Assembly (NCBI GenBank): GCA_963692945.1
Contig: OY843585.1
Coordinates: forward strand, 1,080,001 to 1,112,000
Direction of reading: 5' to 3'
Source of the DNA: Bdellovibrionales bacterium
GTDB lineage: Bacteria; Bdellovibrionota; Bdellovibrionia; Bdellovibrionales; UBA1609
Length of the DNA: 32,000 nucleotides
Part shown: positions 29,251-32,000 of the stretch, in pieces
Layout: each line of letters opens with the position of its first letter
Position numbering within the stretch: position 1 is the first letter of the stretch
Translations under genes and position numbers: made by a program
The notes under the pieces: generated by a model
Database searches by the model: none
What the model was told of the DNA's origin: nothing
Seen by the model: the letters and a program-made list of their open reading frames with translations, nothing else

Positions 29251-30582
29251 AAAAATAGATTTTTCTTTTCCAAGATTATGATTCAAATATTTATTTAAGT
29301 TCAAAGGTTCTTTTGTATTTGATGCCACTGTTCTAGTGGAATCATCATCTCCTCCATAAGAATCATCAGAATCTGAATCTCTAAAACCACCACCACCAGA
29401 AGAACCAGTAAATCCTCCATTAGACCAGTATTCAGGTTCAGAGTAACCGCCATAATCTCCATCATTATCACCAAAATCGGGTCCACCACCTGGAGGACCT
29501 CCACCACCTCCACCACCTGGAGGAGCTCCACCTGAAGGAGTTTCCTCTCCACCGGCAAGGCTAGAAAAACCATTGTTTTTATATTTGCTATCCGAGTTAC
29601 CATCATTAGAAAAATCATCACCTATATCATTAAATGGTGGATTGGAACCAAATTTACTATCATCTGGAGTGTCTGGTGTGTTCCCAGCCAATAATGCATT
29701 ACCAGATGGTGCAGAAGGTAATGATGGCGACGAGGGTTGATTAGGAGGAGTGTATCCAGCGGCTGCTTGTTGGCAGGCTTGAAGCTGTAAATTTCTCATA
29801 GAAGCTTCTAATTGTTTTGGTTCTATACCATTTAAAATTTTATCACAAACTACAAAATCCTCTATACCTCTTCCCCTCGTAAATGTTGTTGATCTATTCT
29901 TGAGAGTTCCTTCTTTATATTTTTTATCAATTTCTTCAACTATTTTTTCAATTTTATCCTCATTGCCTTCTATTTTTTTACATTTATCTATAACATTTGT
30001 TGCTATTTCTCTTAAATCAACCAATGAAGAATCTAATAGTGCTGTTGCTTTTTCTTCTGGAAGATTTTGAATAAAATCTTCTATAAGTGTTATTAAAAAT
30101 TCTCTATAATGTGCTTCACAAGTTTTTGTACATTTATCCATACTGTCAGAACAGCTACTTGTTTGTATGGTTTTAAAGGCATCTGTTAAAGATCTAGGAA
30201 TTTGAGAAAGATTACTATATTTACAGGCCTCATAAGGATCTCCTGAAACAGAACCTCTCACTTGATAATAGGTTTCTAATAATGGAAGACCAACTTGAGC
30301 TAAACTATCTTTTACATTATCTCTAATCCTTTTAGAACATTTTCCCTGATTTATGCAACAATTATTGGTTTCTTCTTTAGCCTCATTACATACAACATTC
30401 AAACTACGACTATCTTTTTGATCTATATAGGAGTAAGATTTTAATTTAGCAACAAATGTAGTAACATTATCATTACCAGCAGTAAGATTAGTAGGAAAAG
30501 ATTTACATCCATAGTTATCTAAATTAATCCCTGCATTAGATAAAAAAGGAAACAAAAATATTAAAATATAAAATCTAAACAT
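29188..30582 (-). CDS. Secreted protein: Cys-rich N-terminal domain plus Gly/Pro/Asp/Ser low-complexity tail
   Basis: 464 aa with signal peptide MFRFYILIFLFPFLSNA. About 20 Cys lie in the first 270 aa. Tail includes PPGGGGGGGPPGGGPDFGDNDGDYGGY. No family recognised. Confidence 0.7.
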   Translation of the reverse strand: MFRFYILIFLFPFLSNAGINLDNYGCKSFPTNLTAGNDNVTTFVAKLKSYSYIDQKDSRSLNVVCNEAKEETNNCCINQGKCSKRIRDNVKDSLAQVGLPLLETYYQVRGSVSGDPYEACKYSNLSQIPRSLTDAFKTIQTSSCSDSMDKCTKTCEAHYREFLITLIEDFIQNLPEEKATALLDSSLVDLREIATNVIDKCKKIEGNEDKIEKIVEEIDKKYKEGTLKNRSTTFTRGRGIEDFVVCDKILNGIEPKQLEASMRNLQLQACQQAAAGYTPPNQPSSPSLPSAPSGNALLAGNTPDTPDDSKFGSNPPFNDIGDDFSNDGNSDSKYKNNGFSSLAGGEETPSGGAPPGGGGGGGPPGGGPDFGDNDGDYGGYSEPEYWSNGGFTGSSGGGGFRDSDSDDSYGGDDDSTRTVASNTKEPLNLNKYLNHNLGKEKSIFQIASYRIQKYCSEKIKSKCL

Positions 30583-30768
30583 AGAATAAACTCTCTTTCT
30601 AAACTATTTATCGTAAAAATAGATGAAAATCTTTAAAATAAAAACCAATTCTTTCCTTAAAGTATATCATAAATAAATCACTAAAAATCTCTTTATAAAT
30701 AGCTTTCTCTATTCAAGAAGAAAAAAACATCTTTTCTATCTATAATTATTAAAAAAACGCGGTAGGAT

Positions 30769-30785
30769 TGTCTCAATTTGAGACA
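30769..30785 (-). terminator. Possible fusA-side terminator hairpin
   Basis: tgtctca-att-tgagaca gives a 7-bp stem. On the minus strand a T7 run follows about 10 nt later, which is a weak arrangement. Confidence 0.25.
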
Positions 30786-30833
30786 CTTATTTGATAAAAT
30801 AAATTTTTGAAATATTAACTTAATAAAATCTTT

Positions 30834-31021
30834 TTTCTATTCCTAAGTGCAATAAGATATTTAAAGTAAAAACTTCTATTTTTCTGTTCCTAAGTGCAAT
30901 AAGATATTTAAAGTAAAAATTTCTGTTTTTCTGTTCCTAAATGCAGCAAAATATTTAAAGTAAAAATTTCTTTTTTTCTATTCCTAAGTTCAACGAGATA
31001 TTTAAAGTAAAAACTTCTGCT
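30834..31021. repeat. 47-bp tandem repeat x4; the last unit contains the fusA stop and final codons
   Basis: Units at 30834-30880, 30881-30927, 30928-30974 and 30975-31021, with cctaag at a 47-bp period. Units 1-3 are diverged copies of ttaaagtaaaaacttct..., the reverse complement of the fusA 3' end. Confidence 0.88.
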
Positions 31022-32000
31022 TTTCTTTTTCAGGGAGTAAGCCATAAGCCTCCATTTCCATAGAAAAACTAGCTCTACCCTGACTCAAAGATCTTAAATC
31101 CGTTGCATAACCAAACATATTCATTAAAGGCACTTGAGCAAAAATAAGAGTCCTATCTTTTTGTTTTTCCATACCAGCTATTTGCCCTCTACGAGTGTTT
31201 AAATCACTAATGATAGGACCTGTAAACTCTTCAGGACTGGAGATTTCTAATTTAAAAATAGGTTCTAAAAGATCACTCCCAACCTCCATCAACCCTTTAC
31301 GAAAGACTTGATAAGTTACCGATTGAAGAGCTAAAACACTTAACTCGTCTTCTTTATAATCTATTTTTTTTAAACAAACTTCTAAATCTCTTAAAGGATA
31401 TCCCATAAAAGGACCAGAAGACATTCCTTGTTCTAAACCTGTCTCAACTGCTTTTGTAAACTCTGGATTTAAATTTTTTAAAACACCACTATCCTTTTTA
31501 AAAAGATATCCCTTATTTTTTTCTAAAGGCTTTAAACTTAATGTCATTTTTGCATAGTGTTTAGCACCCTGTATTTCTTTAGAAAATTCAAAAGAACCTT
31601 CCCAAGAGGAAGACGGAGTCTCTCTAAAAGAAACTTGTGGTTTTCCAATACGAGCTTCAACTTTATAATCTTTTAAAAGTCTATCCACTAAAATTTCTAA
31701 ATGGAGTTCTCCCATTCCCATAAGTAAAGTTTGACCTGTTTCTAAATCTTTTTGAACCTGACAAGAAGGGTCTTCTCTTTGAATCTTTTGAAGTGCTTCT
31801 TCAATTTTACTTTGATCCACAGAGGTTTTTGCTTCAATAGCTACAGAAATAACAGGTTCAGGAAATTTCACTTTTTCTAAAATAACACTCTTATCTTTTG
31901 CACAAAGAGTGTCCCCAGTTTGAGTCCATTTCAAACCAGCAATAACTCCAATATCTCCTGAATAAATTTCTTTAACTTCTTTTCTAGAATTGGCATGCAC
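31002..32000 (-). CDS. fusA: Elongation factor G (canonical or paralog), C-terminal 332 aa; N-terminus off-window
   Basis: GLKWTQTGDTL (domain II), MGELHLEILVDRL, and domain IV/V sequence through to the stop. Confidence 0.88.
   Translation of the reverse strand: MHANSRKEVKEIYSGDIGVIAGLKWTQTGDTLCAKDKSVILEKVKFPEPVISVAIEAKTSVDQSKIEEALQKIQREDPSCQVQKDLETGQTLLMGMGELHLEILVDRLLKDYKVEARIGKPQVSFRETPSSSWEGSFEFSKEIQGAKHYAKMTLSLKPLEKNKGYLFKKDSGVLKNLNPEFTKAVETGLEQGMSSGPFMGYPLRDLEVCLKKIDYKEDELSVLALQSVTYQVFRKGLMEVGSDLLEPIFKLEISSPEEFTGPIISDLNTRRGQIAGMEKQKDRTLIFAQVPLMNMFGYATDLRSLSQGRASFSMEMEAYGLLPEKEKQKFLL

Overview
AT-rich (about one-third GC, judged by eye), gene-dense bacterial chromosomal window, mostly transcribed on the minus strand.

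(1) 1-8353: a partial secreted protein gene, then a tightly packed minus-strand operon. Its order is small membrane protein, Na+/solute symporter, acyl-CoA dehydrogenase, SDR reductase, TldD, PmbA.

(2) 8454-14090: an accessory island.
- Two paralogous small secreted Gly-rich/Lys-rich protein genes on the plus strand share a near-identical promoter and signal-peptide cassette. Each has a C9 homopolymer inside the promoter spacer.
- These two genes bracket three minus-strand genes with eukaryote-like repeat domains: two tandem ankyrin paralogs and a Sel1-repeat/trypsin-like protease fusion.
- The island is saturated with a mosaic family of nested palindromic repeats: 7 full and 1 partial island copies of a conserved ~29-nt core (an 8th full copy lies at 21459-21490), flanking stems that differ between copies yet stay complementary, and 13-bp terminal inverted repeats.

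(3) 14136-17328: a 23S-5S rRNA operon on the minus strand. It has its own terminator, a candidate promoter and a long-range processing helix. There is no 16S gene or spacer tRNA anywhere in the 14.6 kb upstream, so the rRNA genes are unlinked.

(4) 17827-20851: two secreted orphan proteins, one with divergent lytic-transglycosylase-like motifs, and a third secreted ankyrin protein.

(5) 21094-29010: housekeeping genes. These are erpA, a MITE-like copy of the repeat family exactly filling a convergent gap, the zapA/5-FCL/rny/tyrS/2Fe-2S ferredoxin operon, and gcvP.

(6) 28997-32000: a Cys-rich secreted protein with a Gly/Pro/Asp tail, and the 3' part of an EF-G gene. Two tandem arrays (85 bp x3, 47 bp x4) re-copy the 3' ends, stop codons included, of the adjacent genes.

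No CRISPR array, tRNA, transposase or recognisable defence genes were seen. The most unusual content is the candidate phase-variable, repeat-bracketed effector island and its structured repeat family. The taxon cannot be assigned from sequence alone. The ankyrin/Sel1 genes, unlinked rRNA and low GC suggest a host-associated or predatory lifestyle, which is inference only.
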